NCBI RefSeq assembly: GCF_009914755.1
Contig: NC_060933.1
Length of the DNA stretch: 64,000 nucleotides
Reading direction: 5' to 3' (one strand)
Origin: the human T2T-CHM13v2.0 reference genome, Homo sapiens
In this document: positions 15,640 to 30,994 of the stretch, one piece after another
Numbering within the stretch: position 1 is the first letter of the stretch
How the letters are laid out: each line of letters starts with the position of its first letter
Notes under the pieces: generated by a model
What the model saw: only the letters and a program-made list of their open reading frames with translations
Databases searched by the model: none
What the model was told of the DNA's origin: nothing
Position numbers and translations under genes: made by a program

Positions 15640-16350
15640 GCAATCAAAAACCAGAAAACAAAAGCAGCAGGGGGGAATGCAAGAATAAATGAAGTGCAGA
15701 GAAAGGGCAAACATGAGTAAATAGTAATGAAAGCTTTTTAAAACTACAATAATAATAATATCTTGTAGAAATATAAAATGCAATAAAAAAGTGTATTACA
15801 ACAATGGCACAAGGGTGAGAGATACACAAATACATGGAAGTAAACTTGTAAGGATCTTGCATTCTTTGGGAAGTGGCCAAAGTACTAATAAGAGAACATA
15901 TTGTGATCTTGAGGGAAATGACTAAAAGTTTCATTACAGCTGCAAAGCTAATACAGGAGATTCATAGCCAACAATTGGAAATTACCCAAAAATTCATCAA
16001 TAAAAGAATGGATAAACAAATCCATTGTATGAATTCCATTCATATAATGGAAGAGTACATAACAGTGGAAAGGAATGAACTAAAAATATCAACCAAAAAT
16101 TGGAGGAATATCAAAACATTTTGCTAAGGGAAATGAGCAAGACACAAGGTGACATACTGTATGATTCCATTTATATGTTCAAGAAGAGGCAAAACTAATC
16201 AATGGTGATAAGAGATTGTTTTGGAAGGGACACAGGAAACTTCCTAGGTAATGGAAATGTTCTATATGTTGATCTGAATGAGGGTAAAGAGAGAGAAGGA
16301 GGAAGACAGAAAGAGAGAGTCATTGAATAATACTGAAGTTCTGAGCTAAG
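15640..16350 (+). mobile_element. L1ME-type fragments
   Basis: GATTCCATTTATATG...GGCAAAACTAATCAATGGTGATAAG, typical of ancient L1 3' ends. Confidence 0.6.
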
Positions 16351-16419
16351 AGTCCTTAATGGATATACAAATATTAAAAGGAGCCTTCTTAAATTGTACC
16401 ACACACTTTAACCTGGATT

Positions 16420-16514
16420 CATAAAGCATCAAAGGTAGAAGGGATATAGAGGGATCATTTATTCCAATCTCCTCAATTTTACAGATGAATAAACAGACAC
16501 AGAAGAATAGTTGC
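16420..16514 (+). mobile_element. MIR fragment (continues at about 19162-19240)
   Basis: CAATTTTACAGATGAATAAACAGAC MIR core; the MIR-like sequence resumes after the MaLR insertion. Confidence 0.55.
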
Positions 16515-19161
<2,647 letters not shown>

Positions 19162-19299
19162 GATGCCTTGTCACAGTCTATCATGCAACTTGTAAATGGA
19201 AGAGCCAGTGCTAGGATCCAGTTATCTTGTATCCACTGCAGCACTTGCTCAGAACCACTTTTTATGAAAAATTCAAATTCCATAAGAATTAAATGAAGG

Positions 19300-19395
19300 C
19301 AGAAGACAAATAATATAGCATTCTAAAATTAATTCATACAGTTCATAAGTCAGAAGACAAATAATATAGCATTCTAAAATTAATTCATACAGTTC
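19300..19395. repeat. Perfect 45-bp direct duplication with a 6-bp spacer
   Basis: CAGAAGACAAATAATATAGCATTCTAAAATTAATTCATACAGTTC at 19300-19344 and 19351-19395. Confidence 0.95.
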
Positions 19396-19805
19396 TTTTA
19401 TTCCAAACTTAATCTTAGTTGTCTCATTAAATGAAAGTTTCTGGGTTGACCACTGATGAAGACATAGACAGAAGCTATGAATTTTACACATACTTTGATC
19501 ACATTTTTTCCTGCCTGAATTATTAGAAGAATAACACGTTTCAGTGTGCTTGATTGCTAAGTGAGACAGATAAGTGTAAGATTATTTTTCAAGCAATATA
19601 CTTGCTCATCTTTCAGGAAGCACTTTACTCACGATTACATGTGCACTTAGATAAAAGTACAGTTTTTATCTTGATTGTCACTCATGATGTAATTATTCAT
19701 AAACTTAAGAAAAGAAGTTTCTTTCAGCATGACAAATGGTTCTCATGCTGGTGACATGACACTTTTGATCTGTTATGTGAAGGGAAAGGTTTTTCTTCCA
19801 CCTAC

Positions 19806-19889
19806 CTAAAATTTTCCCCAATACAAGAAATTTGACAGCACTGAATTCTGTACCTGACAGGATGACTTCTCTCCTTGCATCCTGTTAAC
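19806..19889 (-). pseudogene. CNTNAP3/4-like pseudo-exon (fifth of five)
   Basis: ttgttag|GTTAAC...ATTTTAG|gtagg. Translates VN..DARREVILSGTEFSAVKFLVLGKIL, versus Caspr3 [29 protein letters not shown] (from memory). Confidence 0.85.
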
Positions 19890-20744
19890 CTAACAATTTC
19901 TTCCAATAGAAGCATTCAAATGAAGAGTAACTTTGTGATAAAAAGACAGGAAGCAAAGGGAAACCAAGGAAAAAAATCATAAAATAAACCACCTGTTAGT
20001 GCTACCAAAAAGGTTAAGAGATCAATTCCAAGATTTATATACTAAGAGGAAAATATTTTTAACCAACTTATAGAATGTCATAAGCTGCCACTCCATCTGC
20101 TATCTCCTTTCCCGACTTACTTTGCTTCATAGGATATCTATAACTGGGAGGATCTACAAAGAAATACAATGCATTACTTTATACCTCAAACCTTTTAACT
20201 AAGAATAAAATATTACATGAGGCAGAGAAATGTTCTATCTATAGATTTAATATCTAAATGATTTTCTTCAAAAGCCAGCAACAGAGTAAAATTTATTTTG
20301 TGGTGACTTTTCATTATTTATCCTCATTTTAATCAAAATCAGGTTGTTTTTCTTGTTCTAAATTGCTATTATATATAGCATTTGTGGTTTGACAATTCAA
20401 TGAAAATTGGTTTTCACCGAAATATCAATTCAAAGTTTCTACCAGTAGTATCCAGCGATAAAATCGACTGTTTCCTTATGAACTAAAAGCAAAACTTGAC
20501 ATCTAAGTAATCAAATGTTAATAATAGCTTGGATAGACTCTCATTGTTAAAAAAAAGCAAAGCAAAGAACAAAAGCAAAACCAAACAAAATGCTGTAATT
20601 ATATTTGACTTCACTTCTTACTTATACATACATATATATATATATGTATATCATTGGTTGGGCATTGTTTCCCAGTCATTTATTATCAAATGTTTGTGTA
20701 AAGTCATTGATGCTAGCAAGTCATAATTTTAATTATTGCATTAC

Positions 20745-20871
20745 CTCTACAATTTCTTCTTTCATGTTCATTTTAAAATGGTGAAACTGCTATCAGCTAA
20801 GTTTTTTAAATCAAAGTAAAAGGAATCCGAATCTTGATGTCAGTCTAGCCTGTACCTGACCTGCAAACTCC
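20745..20871 (-). pseudogene. CNTNAP3/4-like pseudo-exon (fourth of five)
   Basis: tttttag|GGAGTTTGCAG...GTAGAG|gtaatg. Translates GSLQVRYRLD*HQDSDSFYFDLKNLAD(fs)QFHHFKMNMKEEIVE, versus Caspr3 [31 protein letters not shown]. Confidence 0.88.
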
Positions 20872-20993
20872 CTAAAAAGGAAAAAAAAAAACTGTATTTA
20901 AAACTTCTCATGTAGAGTCAAGGATCTTTTTAAGTCCCCCTTCCTGGAATATTGATTACTTAAGTGCTTTTCCAGAATCTCTGAGCTCAGTTA

Positions 20994-21280
20994 CAGTCAG
21001 CCCTTCCTATCCCTAGGTTCTACATCTATGGATTCATCCAGTCATGGATAAAATATCTTCAAAAATTAAAAATAACACAAATTTTAAAACAGTATGTAAA
21101 ACAACGATTTATATAGTGTTTACATTGCATTGGGAATTATAAGTAATCCAGAGATTATTTAAAGAGAGAGTGTATGTGTGGGTTACATGCAAATACTTCA
21201 TCATTTACATAAGGAACTCAAGCATCCATGGGTTTTGGTATCCCCAGGGAGTCCTGGAACCAATGCGCCACCAATACTGT
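20994..21280 (-). mobile_element. MER2 (TcMar-Tigger) DNA transposon
   Basis: TA|CAGTCAGCCCTTCCTATCC...GAGTCCTGGAACCAAT matches antisense MER2. Confidence 0.8.
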
Positions 21281-22555
21281 GTTAAGTATCAAGACAAATG
21301 GATTAATGATAAGCTGTGTCTTCTCTACAATTCTTTCACCACGTTTTTCCTTTAGAAAAACACTAAAGTAAGTATGAAAAGCTTTGGCTCTAATTTCTCA
21401 TAAATTACTTATAATTTGATATTTACAAATATAATTATGAATTATAAGTTGATATCGTATTGCAATAACATTTTGTTTCTATAATCATGCCTCTTTTTAA
21501 TGTGATTTTCTCGTGTATTTTAATATATTGCAGAAATGCAATAACTGAAGAACTTGTTTTTTGTACAGTGAGAAATTTGTATACAAAGTCTTCTACCATA
21601 ATAAAAAAAATGAAGAGGAGCACCAAAACAAGTAATTTGCCAAGAGTCAGTTTTCCTTGGATTCGTATATTCCAATTCCCCTGCCACCACCCCACACAGA
21701 CATGTTCACATTTGCCACCACTCTCTCACTGCCTGCAATGAGATCTAGTTAGCCAGAGTTGTTTTTCAGGCTTTTTCAGATATTATGTTCATGTTTTGAC
21801 TTGCCATGTAGCATAGTTAAGGAGGCCTGGCTTTGTTTTCCTACTGTGAAAGGTTTGGAGAGTTTGATGTCCCACTGGGCTGAATGAATGACAGTTAATT
21901 CAACTTTCTTCCTCACGTAGGTATGCATAAGTGACTTCTCAACTATTAGAAAGTTACTTTTAAGTAGGATTCACTTGAGTAATAACCACCTTAATATTTC
22001 TCTTCTTCTCTTAAAAGGAAGAGAAACATTTGCCATATAAAATACTGTATATCTTATTTCAATATGTGGCAAATTTGATTTTTATTATTCATATGCAATA
22101 CTAAAGACCCTCAGCAACATTTCAAATCAGAGTTTCACATGAAATATGTAAAATTGCCAAACTTGAACTGAAAGGCATCTTAATTTCATCATTGAAATGC
22201 TAACTTTTGCAATAAATATTTTGAATATTACTGAAAAATAAAAGAGAATGAAAGTTGGAGGGCATGTCATATTTTTATCTGTAGCTTGAACACTGCGATG
22301 ATCCACCTCATTGCCATAATATTTTTATAATTTAATTTTCTCATTAACTCTCATTCACTTTAAAAAATATTTGCCATGTTGCACAAGGATAACCAAAAGA
22401 TATTCCTCAGAGAAGGCACACACATAAATCAGTAAGCTTGGAGCTCATGTCTATTATGTAGTTTTGGAATTATTCCAAAGACTTGCATAGTTTGCTATGT
22501 TTTGCTGTAACAAGAACTTAGACTGTACTCCCTCCAGCCCTCAAGAATGCAGTGT

Positions 22556-22862
22556 CTGCCGGGAGCGGTGGCTTCTGCCTGTAATCCCAGCACTTTGGGT
22601 GCCCGAGGACGGAGGATCATGAGGTCAGGAGTTTGAGAGTAGCCAGTTCGAGACCATCCTGGCCAACATGGTAGACCCCGTCTCTACTGAAAATACAAAA
22701 TTAGCCGGGTGTGGTGGCGTGCGCCTGTAATCCCAGCTACTCAGGAGGCTGAGGCAGCAGAATCACTTGAACCCAGGAGGCAGAGGTTGCAGTGAGCTGA
22801 GATCAGGCCACTGCACTCCAGCCTGGGTGACAGAGCAAGACACCGTCTCGTGGGGGGAAAAA
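22556..22862 (+). mobile_element. AluS (Sg/Sc-like) with an internal 15-bp duplication
   Basis: Alu dimer; TSD AAGAATGCA(G/A)TGT. Confidence 0.93.
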
Positions 22863-23469
22863 GAATGCAATGTTAAAACTCATCAGACCCATCATATGTG
22901 AGTTACTGACCTCAACCACTGGATTTCAAAATACATATAAACATAAGAGCTCGATGAACACTTTGAGAACTTCAGTAAGTCTCAGCCATTTCTCCAAAAA
23001 TGGAGAGCATATTCTGTGACAGGGTTGCCCTGACAGTCAATTCTTGGAAGACTGAACTCATGCAGCAACAGAGCCCCACCCTGTCAGCAGCTGAGCTTTG
23101 AAGCCTCGCCTGCATCACTGGCACCACCCACTGGTGTCAAGGGACCCCAGGTGTCTTTGAGGATCTCCATGGTGTCAAGACACCATCTCTCCAGAGAATT
23201 CGCTTGAAAAAAAGGTGCACCTCAAACTTTCATTCGATTTGCCTTTCCACAGAGGCCTGCTTCCATTTCTACTTCAGGAACTAGACTTTAATATTTGGAA
23301 CTCACTCCCTCTGTGGTTAATGTGCCTCATCTTTTGAGTGTATTCCCTGTAGATTTGTTCACATTATTCTTCTCCTTTTCGAGCATTGTGAACTTAAGAA
23401 AACAAATTCTCCTTGCATGGCAATAACCATGTGATTTGTGAAATCATACTTTGAGCATCTTATTTTAAC

Positions 23470-23649
23470 CATACAAAACAGCGTGGCTCAGAAATTCAAT
23501 GTGATCGTTTCTCTGGTCAGTGACATATCCTCATGAAGTGAAGCAGCAAGGCAGTAAAGGAACAGGGGTTTTAGTTAAGGGGTAAAATGGGTAATCTTCT
23601 TGGAAATTACAAGCAACTGAAGAGCTCATTCCAAAATATGCAGAAATCT
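23470..23649 (-). pseudogene. CNTNAP3/4-like pseudo-exon (third of five; 3' part lost)
   Basis: gatttcag|AGATTTCTGCATATTTTGG.... Translates EISAYFGMSSSVACNFQEDY...AASLHEDMSLTRETITLNF*AT, versus Caspr3 EISAYF...LTREMITLSFRTT and Caspr4 EISAYFGSGSSVIYNFQE...AASFHGDM. No clear donor. Confidence 0.85.
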
Positions 23650-24320
23650 CTGAAATCATACATACTTTTTATGTTAGCAAAACTTAAGTGCAAGGAGTCA
23701 TAATTTAGGTTTATTTAAAGAATGTCTCCAGTCTTGAAATAACCTGAGTGATAAAATAATAATACAATCTTTACTTTTATCTACTTGTTTCTCTTTAATT
23801 TTACCACACTTAATATGACATAAAGTAAAATATAACAGTTCTTCAATACATATTTTTCAGAACTAAATAACATTTAAGGGAGATATCGTGATAGTCTTCA
23901 AAATATTTTCACCTTAGATTACATATCATTATTTTTTGGTATCAATTTCTAATTTAAAGCTATTTTTCCACTTAGGATCCTAGTTTTTATTTAAATTTTA
24001 TTTAATTTTTATCTCCTCTTTTTTCATCTATTGTTTTACAGATCGCTTACAATAATTTTCCCTCAGTGCATAGAAAGGAGTGAGCTTGACAACCACCCAC
24101 CCCCTTGAAAATCAATAGAAGTTGTCTTTTATAATAAAGCTCTCCCTTATTTACTGGAGAAGTAAAGCTAAGTATACAGATGCATCAGCCTGAGTCAGAA
24201 AGAGAAGCAGATATTGCTCAGCAGGAAGCCAGGATAGTGGGATTTCCAACTTCCTCTAGGTTGTTTTGTGAAAGGTGGTATCATTTTATGTTAAGACAAA
24301 TTCCCAGAAATGTTACCACC

Positions 24321-24322
<2 letters not shown>

Positions 24323-24369
<47 letters not shown>
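24323..24369. repeat. (AC)n microsatellite
   Basis: About 23 perfect AC units. Confidence 0.98.
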
Positions 24370-24372
<3 letters not shown>

Positions 24373-24661
24373 GCAAGGAGGAGGCTACTGTGCCTTGGGC
24401 ACTTGCCTAGGCATTGCCTGAAATTACAGATAATTGTCACTAACCAATCTAATTGCAACTGTTAAAAGAAATAACCCTCAATTCAGAGTATTTCCTATTC
24501 AAATGCAATACAATTTTTGTTTCTAATATATTAGGTTGCACAGAAACACTAAGATTGTACTTAAATATGGACTGAGGACCATTTTAAACATTACAGTAAA
24601 GTAGTGATCACAATTTCATCTGGTTATATTAAAAGTGTTCTGGAATGGTATTGGGAATTGA

Positions 24662-24790
24662 TTTTTTTTTTTTTTTGAGATGGGGCTCTCACTATGTTGC
24701 CCAGGGTGGTCTCTATCTTCTGGGATCAAGTGATCCTTCTGCCTCAGTTTCCCATGTGGCTGGTACTACTGGTGCATGCCACTGTGTCTG
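24662..24790 (-). mobile_element. FLAM_C-like monomer
   Basis: Poly(T) followed by an antisense Alu monomer (TCACTATGTTGCCCAGGGTGG). Confidence 0.85.
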
Positions 24791-25583
24791 TCACATTTTT
24801 TAAAATCATAAACTGATTCTAAATTATAAATAAATCAAGAGGAAAGACAGAGGACTTACTATGGTGCTATCTTGACAACATCAAAGTAACTAATCCCCAA
24901 AAGTTTATTCAAAAATCACAAGTTGTTTCATCTTAGACCCAATTTCTGTACCAAATAAAGCCTATTATACTCCATAATGAAAAGTACAGATAATGAAAAG
25001 TACAGAGCCCAGTGATGCTTAAATGATGCCATGTAATCTAATAGCTTTGATGAGTCAGTTTCCAAGATATATAATTATACTCAAAGAGTTCTGTCTGGTT
25101 CTGTTGATACTACAATCAAATTCTTCCTTCGCTGCAGACAACACCTTGTACTTAAGCAGAAGCTGAGTCATGCCCCCCACTATACACCTCTAACAACAGA
25201 TATGTGAAAGTCTTAGAGCTAAATGTCTGAGTGGTCCTGTTTTATAACAGATCAATACTTCCTGAAATTAGTATTTGCCTTCCAGGCTAAAATATTTTTT
25301 CTACAGTGTTCCAAATATTCTTGCATTTCTTAAAGTCATTGTCATAAATAGCAATGATGCTTTGATAATCCTGATAACAAACTACTTCCAAACTGCAGCA
25401 ACAGAAGGAAAATGGTAGGATATACAGAAAATCTTTTGAGAAATCCAGAGAGGACTGATATTAGACATAACAGCAATAACCTGTGGCTTTTCAAGAAGAG
25501 AAGCACATTTCTTCCCAATTAAAACTAGGAATTCTCGACAGATTTAGTTCACTTTCAAGTGACTAGAATTGTCGCATTCCTTA

Positions 25584-25878
<295 letters not shown>

Positions 25879-26089
25879 CTGCAAGGGAAGCACTGCAAAT
25901 ACAAACACATTCCTTTGTGTTTTATTCAAGATTTCATCACCCTGTCAAACTGAGGCCTTATGGAGAATAGCAGAAACTGTGATCACTCAAAAGGTCTCAA
26001 GAACAAATATAATTTTGGAAACATACATTTAATGAAATGTTAAGTAATGGCAAATTACTTCATTTATTTATTTACTATATATATTCATA

Positions 26090-26345
26090 TTTTACTTGAC
26101 CCATAATAATTGTACATATTTATGGGGTACAGTGGGATATTTCAGTAGATGTATAAAATGTATAATGATCAAATCAGGGTAATTAGCATGCCCATGACCT
26201 CAAACCTTTATCATTTCTTTGTGTTGGTAACATGAAAAATCCTCTCTCCCAGCTATCTGAAAAAAAAGACAACACACTGTTGTTTACTGTGGTTACCCTA
26301 TAGTGCTGTACAACACTAGAACTTATTCCACCAACTAACTGTAAT
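26090..26345 (-). mobile_element. L1MA 3' end fragment
   Basis: ATAATTGTACATATTTATGGGGTACAGTG...AGAACTTATTCC. Confidence 0.8.
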
Positions 26346-26493
26346 GTTGCGGAAGACAATACTGACCACATTTGTGAAATATTATCCTAATATGAATGAT
26401 AATTATAGGTGGGGTTTTATGCTAACATAGCTGCCAAGAACTCCATAAATGAATGCCCACAATTGTAAGCGAGAAAACAAGATTATTCAATTT

Positions 26494-26494
<1 letters not shown>

Positions 26495-26534
<40 letters not shown>
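26495..26534. repeat. (GT)n microsatellite
   Basis: About 20 GT units. Confidence 0.98.
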
Positions 26535-26536
<2 letters not shown>

Positions 26537-26984
26537 CTATTCTCAGGCAGGGAGTTGATTTTAGTTCTTTTTTTAAGAGGCCCAAACTCATGCTACTGTA
26601 AGAATTAACTGCAAGTTAATTATTGCAAGTTGAAGTTATTTATAAGACTATGGTATGTATGTACAGACACACAATTCTGAATTCACTGTGTAATATTAGT
26701 ACTCAAAATCATATATATTGTACAGGAGAACAACCTGTCTGATAATTCATGAGTTATCTGTCTCTAATTGGATAGTATAATTATTTACTTTAAAACAGAT
26801 TAGAAATGACCAATAGAGAGCTTTTTTTTTAAACTAAATGCAAGCAGAGTAAAAAGAAATGTAGAGTAGAAAGAAATGAAGCAAAATATAGGTCTTCCTT
26901 TGGGAAAAAAGTCAAGACACAAAAGCAGTTGAAGAGATGTCTTTCATTTCCTAGAGTGATACACATATTTAGCAGTTCGGTAAT

Positions 26985-28465
<1,481 letters not shown>

Positions 28466-28466
28466 T

Positions 28467-29589
28467 TGATGGCAGCAGCTGCTGCCATCATGCAGGCTAC
28501 AGCAGGGAGGCATGGCTGGGCCTCCATACTCCATGAAGCTGGTGGGAGCCCCACCCCTTCTGAGTTGGGGTATGAGTTCCCTGGTGCGGCTGCAGACCCA
28601 GGCCTCCTGCTCTACGGAGCAGGCTGTAGCCCAGCCCAAACTGCAGCTGTGGATCCAAGCTTCCCTGTGCTCTTGGAGGGGGCCGGGAACCGACAGGATC
28701 TGCCCTCCTGGGTGCAGCTGCAGGCACCCAACCCACTGCTGCAGACCTGGGCTTCTGGATCCATGGAGCAGGCAGGAGACAGGGACAAGCAGAAGCCCCG
28801 CCCCTTCTGAGTTGGCTGGGTGGGAGCTCCCTGGGTGCAACTGAGGCCACCGTCCCAGGCACAGGACCCTGGCATCTTGGCAGCCTGCACCCACCACCCC
28901 CCGCTGGCTCTGGGATGTCTGCTCTCACTGCCTGGCCTCTCTCCTCTTCTGTCACCCACTTTAATCTCCCAACAGGGTTGGTCGAGCCCTGGGGCCTTGA
29001 ATGGCAGGGGGATGGAGAGTCCTGGGCAGAAGCGGATGGGTCCCCAGTAAAGACCCACCTTCAAGCCAGGGAGTGCCTGAAGGCTGGGAGCCAGGCTGCC
29101 AATCCTGTGGACAGGACTGGGGATCCGTACCTCCTCTGGGCCGCCAATGGTTGCTCATGGACCAATTGGCAGGTACTTCCTCCCCTCTGAGGTCCAGAAA
29201 AGCCCTGGGCTCTGCCAGAGAGGGCAGAGGACAGAGAGACGATGGGATGACCAGCTGCAGAGACGAACTCTCCCCTCTACTGAGAGCTTCAGAGACCTGC
29301 AGAGACCTCCAAATAACCAGCCTGCGGAGAGGAGCCACACTCGCCAGGGCCTCCTCTCTAGTGAAAGCTGAACACTCCACCGGACGACCTGCCTGCAGAG
29401 AGGAGCTACCCACTGTGGGTCTTCTCTGAGCTGTTCTAACACTAAATAAAACTCCTCTTAATCTTCTTCGTCATTCCTTTGTCTGCGTACCTCATTCTTC
29501 CTGGGTGCAGGACAAAAACTCAGGCAAAGATGCCACTGTCCACAGAGGTTTCTGGGCAAGAAAATCGACAACCCAAAGATCCTGTAACA
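28467..29589 (+). mobile_element. MER52-family (ERV1) solo LTR
   Basis: TGATGGCAGCAG...AATAAA (about 29445)...GATCCTGTAACA; exact 4-bp TSD TCAT. Confidence 0.88.
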
Positions 29590-29657
29590 TCATGATTGGC
29601 TGTCTCCACATTTACATCATACAATTCAATTACAAACCACTGCAAAGCAGCACTTAT

Positions 29658-29862
29658 TGATGAAGAGCTGGCTCGTGAGCTGTAAGTGGACATGCCATCA
29701 GTGGTGGCAGGTTGTAGCTTATTAACTTGAAATGATACTTTTTTTACATTCCTCTCTGCCCTCACGTGGTGCTAATAATTGTCATAAAAGGGAGTATATG
29801 ACTCCACCATGACTTCAAAAGGCCTATTCCCCACCTCAAAGGAAAATGTCACTTTCCTGGTG
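29658..29862 (-). pseudogene. CNTNAP3/4-like pseudo-exon (first of five; LamG)
   Basis: tttctag|CACCAGG...TTCATCA|ataagt (donor GT mutated to AT). Translates [52 protein letters not shown](fs)HVHLQLTSQLFI, versus Caspr3 [37 protein letters not shown]...DGHVRLQLNSQLFIG. Confidence 0.92.
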
Positions 29863-30529
29863 CTAGAAATTGTAGATATGAGAGTTGCTCAAGTTCATTT
29901 ATAGTGAAGAGAAGTTAGTAGTGTATTTATACAAGCCTAACACTATGAAATGCATATATTTATTAAATACTATAGAAGGAGCCAATGGCAGTGATCCAGA
30001 AAATATATCCTTTTCAGTTGAGATAGGAGAGCAAAAGAAATCTCTATTCCTATTGCAGAGAAAAAATAGTAAATATATTTGCTCATAACAACATAACTAA
30101 ACTGTTTGTGGCTTAATAAATAAAAATATAGTTATTTAAAGGTGGTTCAAGGTTTCCTATATAATCTTACATTCCCCAAATGTGAATTTGCACAGTAATG
30201 AATTAAAAATAAAACAAAGCAATATTACTTGTCAATTCAATCAAATAACTTTGTAATTTAGCAGAAAATAAATTGCACCAGTTTGGTTTAAAGCCCTAAC
30301 TACACATCTATAGTTTCCTTAAATTAATTAAAAGAAGTCATGCAATTTTCACAGAATATCACATGCATGTTATCCATTTTAATTTCTCTTAAAAATGGGT
30401 TAGTTGCCATTATCAAACTTTAGACAAGAAATCAAACAGATAAAGTAACAATGAAGGCAACTTAGACATTAGCTGAAGGGTTTATTCCTAATTGCTGAGT
30501 ACCCATGCTTTATCCACAAAGGGTGATTT

Positions 30530-30990
30530 ACCATTTCTATAAACTGATAGTGAGCTATCCAAAATGGAAATTAAGAATACAATCCCGGCTGGGCGCAGCG
30601 GCTCACGCCTGTAATCCCAGCACTTTGGGAGGCCGAGGTGGGCAGATCACCTGAGGTCAGGAGTTTGAGTGACCAGCCTGACCAACATGGTGAAACCCTG
30701 TCTCTACTAAAAAATACAAAAAAAATTAGCTGGGCATGATGGCGGGTGCCTGTAATCCCAGCTACTCGGGAGCCTGAAGCAGGAGAATCGCTTGAACCTG
30801 GGAGGCAGAAAAAAAAAAAAATGCAGTCCAATTACAATAGCAACAAAAAACTTATAAAATACTTAGGTGTAAATTTAACCAAGGAGGTGAAAGAACTATA
30901 CACCGAAAACTATAAAACACTGATGAAAGAAAATGGAAGAAAACACAAATAAATGGAAAGATATTTTATGTCCACAAAGTAGAACAATTA
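30530..30990 (+). mobile_element. L1 ORF2 fragment (interrupted by an Alu)
   Basis: Translates [25 protein letters not shown], from the ORF2 post-RT region. Confidence 0.85.
30587..30821 (+). mobile_element. AluSx-like, 3'-truncated but polyadenylated
   Basis: Ends at GAACCTGGGAGGCAG followed directly by an A-tract; degenerate TSD AATACAATCC/AATGCAGTCC. Confidence 0.9.
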
Positions 30991-30994
30991 ATAG

